The notes under the pieces were generated by a model, which did not search any database, had not been told where the DNA came from, and saw only the letters and a list, made by a program, of their open reading frames with translations. Made by a program: the position numbers and the translations under genes. 64,000 nucleotides of DNA. It comes from Aigarchaeota archaeon (lineage in GTDB: Archaea; Thermoproteota; Nitrososphaeria_A; Caldarchaeales; Calditenuaceae). Positions 37,804 to 47,316 of the stretch are shown here, in pieces (positions within the stretch are counted from its first letter, which is position 1; every line of letters starts with the position of its first letter). The DNA is taken from contig JANXDH010000004.1 in NCBI GenBank assembly GCA_025059745.1, forward strand, positions 533,646 through 597,645, written 5' to 3'.

Positions 37804-38730
37804 AGGTCTTACTAGTCTCTTCACCAGGTCCTTGGTATGCCCAATGAGTCCCTCTGGCATAAACCTGACGACTAGGATAATAATTATAGAGAAGAAGAGT
37901 AGCCGCATGTTCGCTAGAGTCGCGACGCTCTGACCGATCAGCGTGTAGACGACTGCACCAAGTATAGGTCCCAGGAAGGTCCCGAACCCACCAAGGATCG
38001 CCATGAATACGGGTCCTATTCCCCACTCCAAGTGGAATGTCGAGTGGGGTTCTATGTACGTCTGATAGCTAGTATAGACACCCCCTCCTATTCCGAATAT
38101 TACTGCGCTTATCACTAATGCGAGAATTTTGTAGGGCAGGATCCTTATGCCCAGTACGCTGGCAGCTGTCTCATCCTCCCTTATGGCGTTAAGGGTCAGC
38201 CCCAACTTTGATCTGTGTACGAAGAGAGCAACGAGGGCGGTGACTAAGCAGTAAGCTAAGGCCGTGTAATAGAAGGGCTCTAACACGAAGACCGTTGGTA
38301 TTGGAAGGTAAAGGCCGACTCCTCCACCTACTGCATCCCAGTTTAAGAAGACCTGTTTGGTGACCTCGTTCAGGAAGAGTGTACCTATTGCGAAGTATAT
38401 GCCTCTGAGTCTGAAGGTCGGTATCAGTAGTAAGGCTGAGATTCCAGCGAGCATACCGCCCAGCATAATTCCAGATATCGGAGGATGCCCGCTCAACCAT
38501 ACGACCGCGGTAGTGTAGGAGCCTATACCGAAGAAGACCGCGTGTCCAAGACTCACCTGACCCGTTAACCCGCCTATTATGTTCCACCCGGTCGATAGGC
38601 CTATGAATATGAACATGATGAAGAGCATGTATATCACGTAGGAGTTCTTTACGACGAGAGGTAGTAGCCCGAGCGCTATAGTTGCAATGATGAAAAGGTA
38701 TAGCGAGCGGTTCTTAAATATCGACATCAT
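37795..38730 (-). CDS. livM: branched-chain amino acid ABC transporter permease LivM-like
   Basis: Polytopic membrane protein, LivM/BPD_transp_2 family. 311 aa. Confidence 0.8.
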   Translation of the reverse strand: MMSIFKNRSLYLFIIATIALGLLPLVVKNSYVIYMLFIMFIFIGLSTGWNIIGGLTGQVSLGHAVFFGIGSYTTAVVWLSGHPPISGIMLGGMLAGISALLLIPTFRLRGIYFAIGTLFLNEVTKQVFLNWDAVGGGVGLYLPIPTVFVLEPFYYTALAYCLVTALVALFVHRSKLGLTLNAIREDETAASVLGIRILPYKILALVISAVIFGIGGGVYTSYQTYIEPHSTFHLEWGIGPVFMAILGGFGTFLGPILGAVVYTLIGQSVATLANMRLLFFSIIIILVVRFMPEGLIGHTKDLVKRLVRPLG

Positions 38731-39695
38731 CTCTCACCGAAGAGACCCGACGGTCTCAAGATGAGGACTAACAAAAACGTTAAGAGCGCTACCGCGTTTA
38801 TGAACCCGCTACCTACTATGTAGCCGACATAGGTCTCTATGAGACCGAGTATCAAACCCCCAACCAGGGCGCCCGCCACACTCCCTATTCCACCGAGAAC
38901 TATGATGGCAATCGTCTTACTCGTCAACACGGGGCCATCTAACGGACTAACGCTAAAGACCATACCTAACATTGTACCTGCTATCGCTGCGAGACCAACG
39001 CCCAGAGAATAGGCTAATACGTTGACTATAGAGACGTTTATCCCCATCAACGCAGCCGCCTCCCGATTCTGGGAGATGGCGCGCAACCCCTTCCCTATCA
39101 TGGTCTTCTCAATAAAGGCCTTTACCAATAGGATGAGGACTATCGCCAGAATGAACGAGACGAACCGGGCCAGCTGAATTGATACTCCCTCAACCTGCAC
39201 TGTCGAGTCTATCAAAGGACTCCTGATAATTCTTACGTCTGCAGTCCACGCTAATATCATAAGGTTCTGGAGCGCAAGCGCTATCGCAAAAGCTAAAAAG
39301 ACGGGAGGGTTCAGACCATATCTCATGGCGCTATTGAAGAGGGTGCTTTGGAAGAATACTCCAATAACGAACAACACTACGAATGATATCGGCAACACGA
39401 ACAACGGATCTGTTCGGAGGAACGTCGATATCCAGAGCGAGATGAAACCGCCCAACATCATCAGCTCTCCGTGAGCTAGATTGATTATCTTCATCACCCC
39501 GAAAATTATCGTTAGACCAGTTGCCGCGAGACCATAAATCCCGCCCAACATCAATCCGGACGTTACGAGCTGAGCAAAAAGAAGAGAGGTGTTATTCATG
39601 ACGTAAACTACGTAGTAGTAAGCTATCGCCGAGGAGATCACGAAGGCCAATATCAGGGCGGCGATCAGTTGAAAGTTAGGCCTCGCAATAGACAA
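38727..39695 (-). CDS. livH: branched-chain amino acid ABC transporter permease LivH-like
   Basis: Polytopic membrane protein, LivH family. 4-nt overlap with livM. Confidence 0.8.
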   Translation of the reverse strand: MSIARPNFQLIAALILAFVISSAIAYYYVVYVMNNTSLLFAQLVTSGLMLGGIYGLAATGLTIIFGVMKIINLAHGELMMLGGFISLWISTFLRTDPLFVLPISFVVLFVIGVFFQSTLFNSAMRYGLNPPVFLAFAIALALQNLMILAWTADVRIIRSPLIDSTVQVEGVSIQLARFVSFILAIVLILLVKAFIEKTMIGKGLRAISQNREAAALMGINVSIVNVLAYSLGVGLAAIAGTMLGMVFSVSPLDGPVLTSKTIAIIVLGGIGSVAGALVGGLILGLIETYVGYIVGSGFINAVALLTFLLVLILRPSGLFGER

Positions 39696-39793
39696 GCAGA
39701 ATCACCCACGTGAGCTATTCGGTATTGACGCTCATAATCGTAAGTACCATCAGCAAAAATTATTCGTCAATTTCCGCGGGATGGCTCATAGGT

Positions 39794-41056
39794 TTACCGT
39801 CTGTCCCAGCTAGGTGCAGGATATGCTAGAGTACCAGTGGCATATTCCCTCGGCCATATCAGTACCTGTTTCATGTTCATCCATTGGATTGCGTAATCCG
39901 GTGCTATCATTCTCCCGGGGTCGCTAGAACCCTCCTTCATGAACTCTACGGGGCCCAATATCGTAGTCATCTTGGTGTTGGAGAGAGCCTCCCTGATCGA
40001 TTCTCTGGTCAAGGATCTAGCGTTCTCTATGGCGTTGGCTATTATCTGAAGCGCCGCGTAATCGGCTCCGTGCTCCTTCCCAGGTTCTTTATTGTACTTC
40101 GCGACGAACTTTCTATAGAACTCTTGACTACCAGGGTATGGTAGCGCGGGGTGCCACGTGACTGCAGTAACTACCGCGTAGTTTGAGTCGACCCTCAAGG
40201 TGTCTGCATAAGAGATGAACGAGTGTGCTGTCCAACCGACATACAGCCTGGGGTAATAGTTGTTAGTCTTCATCTGTCTATCGAAGTTGAAGACGTCTGA
40301 GTGGAAGAAGATCACATTGACTAGCACGTCCGGGTTGAGAGTCCTAAGCCTGAGTATGGACGGTGTGAAGTCCGTCTGACCGGCCGTTACGTTCTCCTTC
40401 AGTACTATTCTGTCCCCGTATCCTCTATTCTTCGCTACATCGACGAAAGAGACCAACGCTTCCCTCCCGAACGCGGTGTTGTCAGCCACTATCGCGAACG
40501 TCCTAGGACGTCGATCACTAGGTATGAGGTTCTCGACTACGTCGAACAGGACCGGCCAGTCTTGATAGAAGTGCTTGTAGGCTGAAAAGACGTACTTGAA
40601 CCCCCTCCTTGTCAGCTCCGCAGTAGATGTCTGGACGGTGACTATCGGTAGTCCCAGTCTTTCGGCTGCAGGAGCCGCCGAGAGCGCGAATACGGTGCCC
40701 GCAGGTCCGAAGACTACGAGAGCACCCTCGCTCGCTAGCCTCTCCATGTTCTGTGCCGATATGGCTGGATTGCTCTGATCATCTAGTAGAATCGTTCTAA
40801 CAGGTATCCTCCTATTATACGCCTTCACGAGCAACCCGCCCTGAGCCCTCACCTCCTCAAGCCATATCTCGAGGGTCTCCTGACCTGTCAACCCGATAGG
40901 CGCAGACCCGCCTGTCAAGGGTAGGTTAACGCCGATCACGATCTCTCTGGGTATTTCAGGTGCTGGAGGCGCCGATAGGAGTAGGAACCCGAAACCGCCA
41001 GCGATGAGGACAACAACCACGAGGATAACTAAGACTAAAGTTTTTCTTGGGATCAT
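39794..41056 (-). CDS. ABC transporter substrate-binding protein (Leu/Ile/Val-binding protein family)
   Basis: N-terminal signal/anchor helix, then a periplasmic-binding-protein type I fold colinear with LivK/LivJ. 420 aa. Confidence 0.8.
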   Translation of the reverse strand: MIPRKTLVLVILVVVVLIAGGFGFLLLSAPPAPEIPREIVIGVNLPLTGGSAPIGLTGQETLEIWLEEVRAQGGLLVKAYNRRIPVRTILLDDQSNPAISAQNMERLASEGALVVFGPAGTVFALSAAPAAERLGLPIVTVQTSTAELTRRGFKYVFSAYKHFYQDWPVLFDVVENLIPSDRRPRTFAIVADNTAFGREALVSFVDVAKNRGYGDRIVLKENVTAGQTDFTPSILRLRTLNPDVLVNVIFFHSDVFNFDRQMKTNNYYPRLYVGWTAHSFISYADTLRVDSNYAVVTAVTWHPALPYPGSQEFYRKFVAKYNKEPGKEHGADYAALQIIANAIENARSLTRESIREALSNTKMTTILGPVEFMKEGSSDPGRMIAPDYAIQWMNMKQVLIWPREYATGTLAYPAPSWDRR

Positions 41057-41219
41057 ATTAATAGATCATTATATTATGTTATATAAACTTTAATAACAGT
41101 TAACGGAAGACCGCCTACTGCACCGCCCCTCGGGCTCAGATCTCCCTCCGTAGATCTTAGCGACTCTCTTAGAGTTCAGGCCCCTCTTTATAAAGTGGGA
41201 AATTGATGTTAAGAAAAAG

Positions 41220-42263
41220 ATGACGAAACCCATCGCCCGACGACTCAGAGAGTCCGATGAGGAAGAGCTACTCCAATGGATCTCGACGAACAGGTTAAGA
41301 AAGGTCCTGATCCAGGCCCCACTCGGTCTAAAACACCTGATTTCGGAGGTGAAGGCGGTATTGGAGCGATCCTCAGTAGATTACGTCGTGTCGGCTTCGA
41401 ACTGCTGGGGTGGGTGCGACGTGGCTGTGGGCGAGGCTCTGCGAGTCCGTGCAGACGGTATAGTACACATAGGACACGCACCCTTCATGAGGATAGATAG
41501 CGTGAAGGTGTTCTATCTCGAGGGCAGGTACCTAGACCCCGAGCCTTTACTGAACGTACTCGGACCCACAATCGAGCAACTATCCGGGCACTCGCGCGTA
41601 GGTCTCGGGATGAGCGTGCAGTGGCTAAACTTCCTTGATCTGGTGATATCGAAATTGAATGATCACGGGATAGAGGCAGTCACCGGCGAAGCTGAAGGTC
41701 GCTTAGCACACAGAGGCCAAGTGATCGGCTGCGACTACACGCCGTTGATGAAACTCAAGGGAGCGGTCGATGTGTACCTTTGCATAGGCTCACTTTTTCA
41801 CTCGTTGGGACTGGCCATGACCTCTTCCAAGCCAACTCTCTCTGCTGACCCACACACGTGCAAGGTCCTCTGGGCGAACGAACTGGCGGATAGAATGTAC
41901 AGGCAGCGCTACGCCAACATAGAGAGATTTAAGTCCGCGAGAAAAATAGGAGTTATACTCAGCACAAAGCCTGGGCAGTACTTGCCCGGATTGGCGAAGA
42001 GGATCACCAGCCTCCTAAAGGATCGCGGTTACGAGGCTGACGAACTGGTCACGGATGAGGTCAACGAGTACTTATTGATGGATCAGAGGTACGACGCCTA
42101 CGTTAACAGCGCCTGTCCTAGGCTGAGCGTGGAGGACCAGTCAAAGTTCACCAAACCACTCCTATTACCCTCGGAGGTACTGGTAGCGCTGAACATAATA
42201 TCGTGGTCAGAGTTCCTAGAAAGGGGTCTGCTATTCAGAATGTACGTCCCCGGAGGTGTCTGA
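41220..42263 (+). CDS. dph2: 2-(3-amino-3-carboxypropyl)histidine synthase Dph2 (diphthamide biosynthesis, radical-SAM-like)
   Basis: Colinear with archaeal Dph2 (VLIQAPLGLK, three conserved Cys in separate domains, GCDYTPLMK, GSLFHSLGLAM, ACPRLS). 347 aa. Confidence 0.85.
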   Translation: MTKPIARRLRESDEEELLQWISTNRLRKVLIQAPLGLKHLISEVKAVLERSSVDYVVSASNCWGGCDVAVGEALRVRADGIVHIGHAPFMRIDSVKVFYLEGRYLDPEPLLNVLGPTIEQLSGHSRVGLGMSVQWLNFLDLVISKLNDHGIEAVTGEAEGRLAHRGQVIGCDYTPLMKLKGAVDVYLCIGSLFHSLGLAMTSSKPTLSADPHTCKVLWANELADRMYRQRYANIERFKSARKIGVILSTKPGQYLPGLAKRITSLLKDRGYEADELVTDEVNEYLLMDQRYDAYVNSACPRLSVEDQSKFTKPLLLPSEVLVALNIISWSEFLERGLLFRMYVPGGV

Positions 42264-42265
42264 TC

Positions 42266-42844
42266 TTGAAGAGGGATTTAGCGTTCCCAGGGAAGAGACT
42301 ATGCGTCATAGAAGAGTTCTTACCAGGTCGATACGCGTTCATCTCTCAGGGCGGTGAGGTCGTATCTTCAGTGATCGGCTACCCGGTATATGACACGAAA
42401 CAGCACGTCGTCAGCGTGAGTTCGATGAGGCCCTCCCTCAAACCGGTCGTCGGAGATGTCGTGCTCTGTGAGGTGAGAGAGGTCCAAGACCGCGTGGTGC
42501 TCTGTGACATAATAGCGAAGGAGGGGGGAGAGGTGAAGTACAGGTGGAACGGAGCGATAGTTACCACGCCCAGGAGCGGTAAGGCCTCGCTACCCGCGTT
42601 CACCATCGGAGATTTGGTGGTGGCTGTTGTGAAGTCGGAGAGCTTCGGCATGTACGAGTTAACGATAGACGAGAAGGGGTTAGGTGTCGTGCTCGCCTTC
42701 TGCGACTATTGCGGGAGAAACCTGATTTACAGGAGGGGCTCACTGGTCTGCAACAAGTGTAGAGTCGCGTTCAGGAGGAAGACGGTGAGTTACTATGGGA
42801 ACAGGGAGGCGATACTATCAAGGTTTGGGCTTCAGTTATCTTAA
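42266..42844 (+). CDS. csl4: exosome complex RNA-binding subunit Csl4
   Basis: N-terminal domain VIEEFLPGRYAF, S1 domain, and C-terminal Zn ribbon CDYCG...CNKCR. The ORF track starts at 42203 inside dph2; TTG 42266 gives a typical 192-aa Csl4. Confidence 0.75.
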   Translation: MKRDLAFPGKRLCVIEEFLPGRYAFISQGGEVVSSVIGYPVYDTKQHVVSVSSMRPSLKPVVGDVVLCEVREVQDRVVLCDIIAKEGGEVKYRWNGAIVTTPRSGKASLPAFTIGDLVVAVVKSESFGMYELTIDEKGLGVVLAFCDYCGRNLIYRRGSLVCNKCRVAFRRKTVSYYGNREAILSRFGLQLS

Positions 42845-42856
42845 AATAAGAGAGGT

Positions 42857-43156
42857 GTGAGGTGGCCCCCGTTGGAGCTGAAGGTAGCTGGTTTGAGGGA
42901 GGACTTTCTCGAGCTGGATACCGGGGGAGTGGACTTCAGCGTCCTCGACTCCTTGAAGACGATCCTCAATGAGGACCAGCGCATCGAGTATGCAGGTGTT
43001 AACCTGACGCACCCCCTAACCCGTCGTATAAGGTTCATCGTGAAGTCAAAAGGTAATGTTGACGTGATGATCGTAGTCAAAGAGGGAATCGATAAACTCA
43101 TGAAGCTCTCTAACGAGCTCAGTACCTTGATCGGGGACACATTGGGTAGGAGTTGA
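42857..43156 (+). CDS. rpoL: DNA-directed RNA polymerase subunit L (Rpb11 homolog)
   Basis: LELKVAGLREDFLELDTGGVD...IEYAGVNLTHPL colinear with RpoL. GTG start. 99 aa. Confidence 0.75.
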   Translation: MRWPPLELKVAGLREDFLELDTGGVDFSVLDSLKTILNEDQRIEYAGVNLTHPLTRRIRFIVKSKGNVDVMIVVKEGIDKLMKLSNELSTLIGDTLGRS

Positions 43157-43197
43157 TAAACCGTTGGCGATAAAATATTAAATTAGTAGGAGTTTGG

Positions 43198-43542
43198 TTG
43201 TGTGTTACGAATATGGAGTTCTGTCCTAAGTGCGGGGGAATACTCTCGGCCTCAAAGCGTTCAGGTGGAAACTCCTTGAGGTGTCGTAAGTGCGGCTTCG
43301 AGAAGTCCTCGAGTGAGAGCTACGTGACGATAGCCAAGTTCGGTAAGAAGAGACAGGGAGTCGCGTTCCTCATAGAGGACACCGAGGCCGAATTACACCC
43401 TAAGACCACCGACATACAGTGCCCAGCATGTGGGAATAGAGAGGCCTACTGGTGGAGCGTCCAGACGAGGTCTGCAGATGAGCCCACCACCCAATTCTTC
43501 AGGTGTACGGGTTGCGGGCACACGTGGAGGGAATACGCCTAG
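43198..43542 (+). CDS. tfs: transcription factor S / RNA polymerase subunit M (TFIIS C-terminal Zn-ribbon type)
   Basis: N-terminal Zn ribbon CPKCGG...CRKCG, and C-terminal TFIIS-type ribbon CPACGN...RSADEPTTQFFRCTGCGHTW with the acidic hairpin. Confidence 0.9.
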   Translation: MCVTNMEFCPKCGGILSASKRSGGNSLRCRKCGFEKSSSESYVTIAKFGKKRQGVAFLIEDTEAELHPKTTDIQCPACGNREAYWWSVQTRSADEPTTQFFRCTGCGHTWREYA

Positions 43543-43545
43543 AGG

Positions 43546-44277
43546 CTATTTCGAGTCCAGTATCAGCGTCGCTACTCGCTTAGTTCCGGAAGGGATGAGG
43601 ATCGATTCCCATACCTCTCTATACGCTACTAACGTACAGATGGCCGCTAACGGTATCCTGCTCTTTTCGAAGTGCCTGATTATCTCTCTGAGCGGACTCA
43701 CGGAGAAGACGCTACTCACGAACAGGACGATTGAGTTCCTTCTGTCTAAAGACTTCAGCGGTATCCAGAGCCTCTGCCTGCTCGCTATGCCGTCCACTCT
43801 ATAGCCTATCTCGACGTACTCTCCTTCTTGCCATAGGGGTTTTTCACTCGCGAAGAATAGGCTCGAGTTGGTCAGGGAGGCGAAGTAAGTCGCTATAGGT
43901 ATCGAGACGATATCGACCGCGAGGACTGAATTTATCTTAACTCCCAGGAGCTCGCTGAACGCGTGTAACGCCATTATCTTCACCTTCTGGACGTCCTGAG
44001 AGATGGTTATCAGGTTGTCTTGCTCGTTCGGCGGGCTCAGCACCTCCTTGATTATCTCACCGGGCTTTATTACCTCGGAGCAGATGTTGACTATCCTATA
44101 CGCGTTCTTGTAGCGGGGCAGCGTTCTCCCGCTCACGTAACGGGATAGGGTCGACGACGGTAACTTGGTCATAGAAGATATCTTCCTGTAATCATGTCTC
44201 GATTTCAGAAACCTCAACATGTCCACGGAGGCCTGAATGAGTCCAGAGGAGTTATTAGTCGAGTAGACGCGTCTCAT
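43546..44277 (-). CDS. putative transcriptional regulator: N-terminal HTH + C-terminal phosphoribosyltransferase-like domain
   Basis: HTH-like segment TKLPSSTLSRYVSGRTLP. The C-terminal region has a PRTase-like hydrophobic-acidic loop pattern (IVLFVSSVFSVSPLREII). 243 aa. Weak assignment. Confidence 0.35.
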   Translation of the reverse strand: MRRVYSTNNSSGLIQASVDMLRFLKSRHDYRKISSMTKLPSSTLSRYVSGRTLPRYKNAYRIVNICSEVIKPGEIIKEVLSPPNEQDNLITISQDVQKVKIMALHAFSELLGVKINSVLAVDIVSIPIATYFASLTNSSLFFASEKPLWQEGEYVEIGYRVDGIASRQRLWIPLKSLDRRNSIVLFVSSVFSVSPLREIIRHFEKSRIPLAAICTLVAYREVWESILIPSGTKRVATLILDSK

Positions 44278-44356
44278 CTGCGATCGTTTTTTAAAAGACG
44301 TATATAGGTTTTCTATAAATTAAAATTCGCGATAATACGCAAAAAATTTAGAGCAA

Positions 44357-44848
44357 CTAATGTCTATGCCCATGGTCTGAGGTATGGTCTGAGGGCGTGG
44401 CATCGAAGGACACCCTCTTCCCGCTCTCGAAGATGAGAGTGATGTGGAACTTCTTATAGTCGTGGACGTTTCCGAATATCATCACGTGGTACCCCTCACC
44501 CTCTACTCCGGTGAACCTCACCTCACTCATCGGTCCTATACAAACTCGATCTACCTTTACCATCTTCATCTCATACGGCCCTATCTCGGTCTTATGTAAC
44601 TCTGATTTAACCTTGGCACGTGACCCGGCACCCGTCACTCCTTCTACTTCCACACCAACCACGCAATCACCTGAGAGTCCGTGGTTATGGAGAACGAAGA
44701 AGATGCCCCCTGTATTAGTGCCCAACCTGATGAAGACGTCGTGCACCTCCGGCATGGATCCTACGGCTAGAACAGCAGCGAAAAGCGCGGCGACACCAAC
44801 GACTGCTGTGACTAACGCCAATAAAATTGGTTTGGATAGTTTAACCAT
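44357..44848 (-). CDS. periplasmic copper chaperone PCu(A)C (DUF461) with C-terminal His-rich tail
   Basis: Signal/anchor helix, GGIFFVLHNHG and GYHVMIFG (H(M)x10Mx21HxM-type Cu(I) site pattern), and C-terminal HTSDHGHRH. Confidence 0.65.
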   Translation of the reverse strand: MVKLSKPILLALVTAVVGVAALFAAVLAVGSMPEVHDVFIRLGTNTGGIFFVLHNHGLSGDCVVGVEVEGVTGAGSRAKVKSELHKTEIGPYEMKMVKVDRVCIGPMSEVRFTGVEGEGYHVMIFGNVHDYKKFHITLIFESGKRVSFDATPSDHTSDHGHRH

Positions 44849-44880
44849 TCAACCGCAGATAGACCGGGCAGTATTAAAGG

Positions 44881-46374
44881 CTATCCCTTCACAACTCCTA
44901 TCGGTACCAGCCGAGCCACCTTAGAGCTTATCCCGACCTCGTGCGCGACCTCGACCACCTCATCAGGATCCTTGTACGCCTCGGGCACCTCCTCGACTAT
45001 CGTCTCCATCGTGTCGCCCTTTACGTAAATGCCGCGGCTCTCCAGAACCCTCACCACTGTATCGCCGGAGTACTGTCTCTTCGCTCCTGACCTACTCATG
45101 GTCCTTCCCGCTCCGTGGACGGAAGACCCAAACGTAAGCTCGAGCGAGTTCATCCTACCCATCAGGACCCAGCTCGCGGTCCCCATGCTTCCGGGCACAA
45201 ACACTGGCTGTCCGAGGTCTCTGTAGTCGGTTGGTATGAACTGGCTATAATATGGGTGTCCGCCAGGGAAACTCCTCGTGGCGCCCTTTCGATGGACGAA
45301 GACGTCCACGTCAGAGCCGTCGACTTTATGCCTCTCGAACTTAACTATGTTGTGAGTTATGTCGTACACGATCTTTATCCCCATCTCCTCGGCGGGCCTC
45401 CTGAATACCTCCTCGAAGCTCTGCCTCACCCAGTGACTTATGGCCTGGCGGTTCGCGAACGCAAAGTTAACAGCACACCCGAAGGCCTTCAGGTATTGCG
45501 TCGCCTCTGGGCTGTTGGTTGGTGTGCAGGCCAGCTCCCTGTCTGGCAACCTGAGGTTGTACTTGCTGACAGCCCTCTCCATGACCCTGAGGTAGTCGCT
45601 ACAGATCTGGTGACCGTATCCCCTCGATCCACAGTGTATGAGTACCGTTATCTGGCCCTCTTGGAAGATGCCGAACCTCTTGGCAGCGTTCTGATCGAAT
45701 ATCCTATCGACCCTCTGGATCTCTAGGAAGTGGTTGCCGCTCCCGAGGGTCCCTATCTGTGACTCACCGCGGCTCCTGGCTTGCTGAGAGACAGCGCCGG
45801 GGTCAGGGTCGGGGACGTTCGACGACTTGTACCTAGGGTACCTCCCCTCCTCCTCTATGTTTTTGTAGTCCTCGGGCCACCCCAACCCATATTTCTCGAC
45901 TACGTACCTGGCCCCCTCGACGGCGATCCTGTCCAAGTCGGTGAAGCTCACTCTGAAGTCCCTCCTCCTCGATCCGAGCCCCGCGGGGACGTTACGGAAG
46001 ACTACATCGACCAGCTCCTTTATCCTCAGCCTCACCTCATTATACGTCAGGTTGGTCACCATGAGCCGTACCCCGCAGTTTATATCATACCCAACCCCGC
46101 CGGGTGAGATAACTCCCTCTGAGGCATCCATCGCCGCCACGCCCCCGATGGGAAAACCGTAGCCTTCGTGAGCGTCAGGTAAGACCGCGACTTGCTTCCT
46201 GACGCCGGGCAGAGTCGCTACATTGATGCCCTGTATGATGGTCCTGTCAGTCATCATCTTCTCCAGCAGTCTCTCTGATGCGAACACGTACACGGGGACT
46301 CGCATATCAGACCTGAAGCTCTTATCTATGACCCAGGTGTTCTTGCCGATCTTGTTCAGCTGAACTTTACTCAA
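44881..46374 (-). CDS. rtcB: tRNA-splicing ligase RtcB
   Basis: GGVGYDINCGVRL, HCGSRGYGHQ and HGAGRTMSR metal/GMP-binding motifs. 497 aa. Confidence 0.95.
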   Translation of the reverse strand: MSKVQLNKIGKNTWVIDKSFRSDMRVPVYVFASERLLEKMMTDRTIIQGINVATLPGVRKQVAVLPDAHEGYGFPIGGVAAMDASEGVISPGGVGYDINCGVRLMVTNLTYNEVRLRIKELVDVVFRNVPAGLGSRRRDFRVSFTDLDRIAVEGARYVVEKYGLGWPEDYKNIEEEGRYPRYKSSNVPDPDPGAVSQQARSRGESQIGTLGSGNHFLEIQRVDRIFDQNAAKRFGIFQEGQITVLIHCGSRGYGHQICSDYLRVMERAVSKYNLRLPDRELACTPTNSPEATQYLKAFGCAVNFAFANRQAISHWVRQSFEEVFRRPAEEMGIKIVYDITHNIVKFERHKVDGSDVDVFVHRKGATRSFPGGHPYYSQFIPTDYRDLGQPVFVPGSMGTASWVLMGRMNSLELTFGSSVHGAGRTMSRSGAKRQYSGDTVVRVLESRGIYVKGDTMETIVEEVPEAYKDPDEVVEVAHEVGISSKVARLVPIGVVKG

Positions 46375-46398
46375 TTCTATCTATATGTCCAGCCTGCG

Positions 46399-46408
46399 TT
46401 ATATAAAG
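46399..46408 (-). promoter_or_regulatory. TATA box (minus-strand ctttatataa) ~29 nt upstream of the rtcB start
   Basis: A/T-rich element in the divergent rtcB/bcp intergenic region. A second A/T block (aaaatactaaaataac, 46421-46436) lies ~28 nt upstream of the bcp GTG. Confidence 0.4.
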
Positions 46409-46457
46409 AATATCCGTGACGAAAATACTAAAATAACTAACCATCGTATTATCACGT

Positions 46458-46940
46458 GTGCCCCAAGTAGGAGATATCGCGCCGGATTTCATGCTGCCGA
46501 ACCAGGACGGTCATTTAGTGAAGTTCTCCGATATATATAAGAAATCAGGCGTCGTACTCTTCTTCTACCCGAAGGACGGATCTCCCGGTTGCACGAGAGA
46601 GGCCTGCGGGATGAGAGACGCTCACGGTGAACTGGGGAGGTTGGGATACGCGGTAGTGGGTGTGAGCGCTGACACCGTGAGGAGCCACAAGATGTTCGCC
46701 GAGAGAAACTCCTTGCCGTACCTACTACTCAGCGACCCTACCAAGAAGGTCGCGGAGATGTACGACGCTCTATCGCTGTTCAAAGTCTTCGTGAGAAGGG
46801 TCACTTACGTGATAGACAAGGGCGGTACGATCAAGTTCATCTACAAGGGTCTGAACCCGTCAAGTCACGTGAGGGAGGTCCTCAATTTCATAAAGAGAGA
46901 TCTCAGCCAACGATCACAGCAAGGGACGGGAACCTCCTAG
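46458..46940 (+). CDS. bcp: peroxiredoxin, Bcp type (second paralog)
   Basis: FFYPKDGSPGCTREACGMRD motif. GTG start. 160 aa. Confidence 0.9.
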   Translation: MPQVGDIAPDFMLPNQDGHLVKFSDIYKKSGVVLFFYPKDGSPGCTREACGMRDAHGELGRLGYAVVGVSADTVRSHKMFAERNSLPYLLLSDPTKKVAEMYDALSLFKVFVRRVTYVIDKGGTIKFIYKGLNPSSHVREVLNFIKRDLSQRSQQGTGTS

Positions 46941-47316
46941 AGAACTCTATGACCGCAGATTTATACGTGTAGTAGAGTCCGTCCTCCGTCCTGTTCACGA
47001 GTTTGCTACCCAGCAGCTTCGAGAAGACCCTTGAGGCGATTTCGCCGCCCTGTATCACGTAGCTGTCCCCCCCGAGATCCTCAAATTTCGCGAGGACGAT
47101 CGGGAATATCCTCGCATCGGCCTCGATCTCGGACAGCAACCCCCTAGACCTCTCTAGATCTCCTCTGTTGAATCGATGCACTCCCCTCCCTTGGGTCGGG
47201 ACGTGTGGGTCCTCTTGGAGGAGCAGCTCATTCAAAGACGCCCTGACTGCGGGCGCTATGCTCGCTACCTCCCTCAGCCTTAAGGATATCCATTTGCTCG
47301 CTACCTCCTCCCTCAT
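46903..47316 (-). CDS. hypothetical protein
   Basis: 137-aa ORF directly abutting the CBS-pair gene on the same strand. No recognisable motif. Confidence 0.35.
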   Translation of the reverse strand: MREEVASKWISLRLREVASIAPAVRASLNELLLQEDPHVPTQGRGVHRFNRGDLERSRGLLSEIEADARIFPIVLAKFEDLGGDSYVIQGGEIASRVFSKLLGSKLVNRTEDGLYYTYKSAVIEFSRRFPSLAVIVG

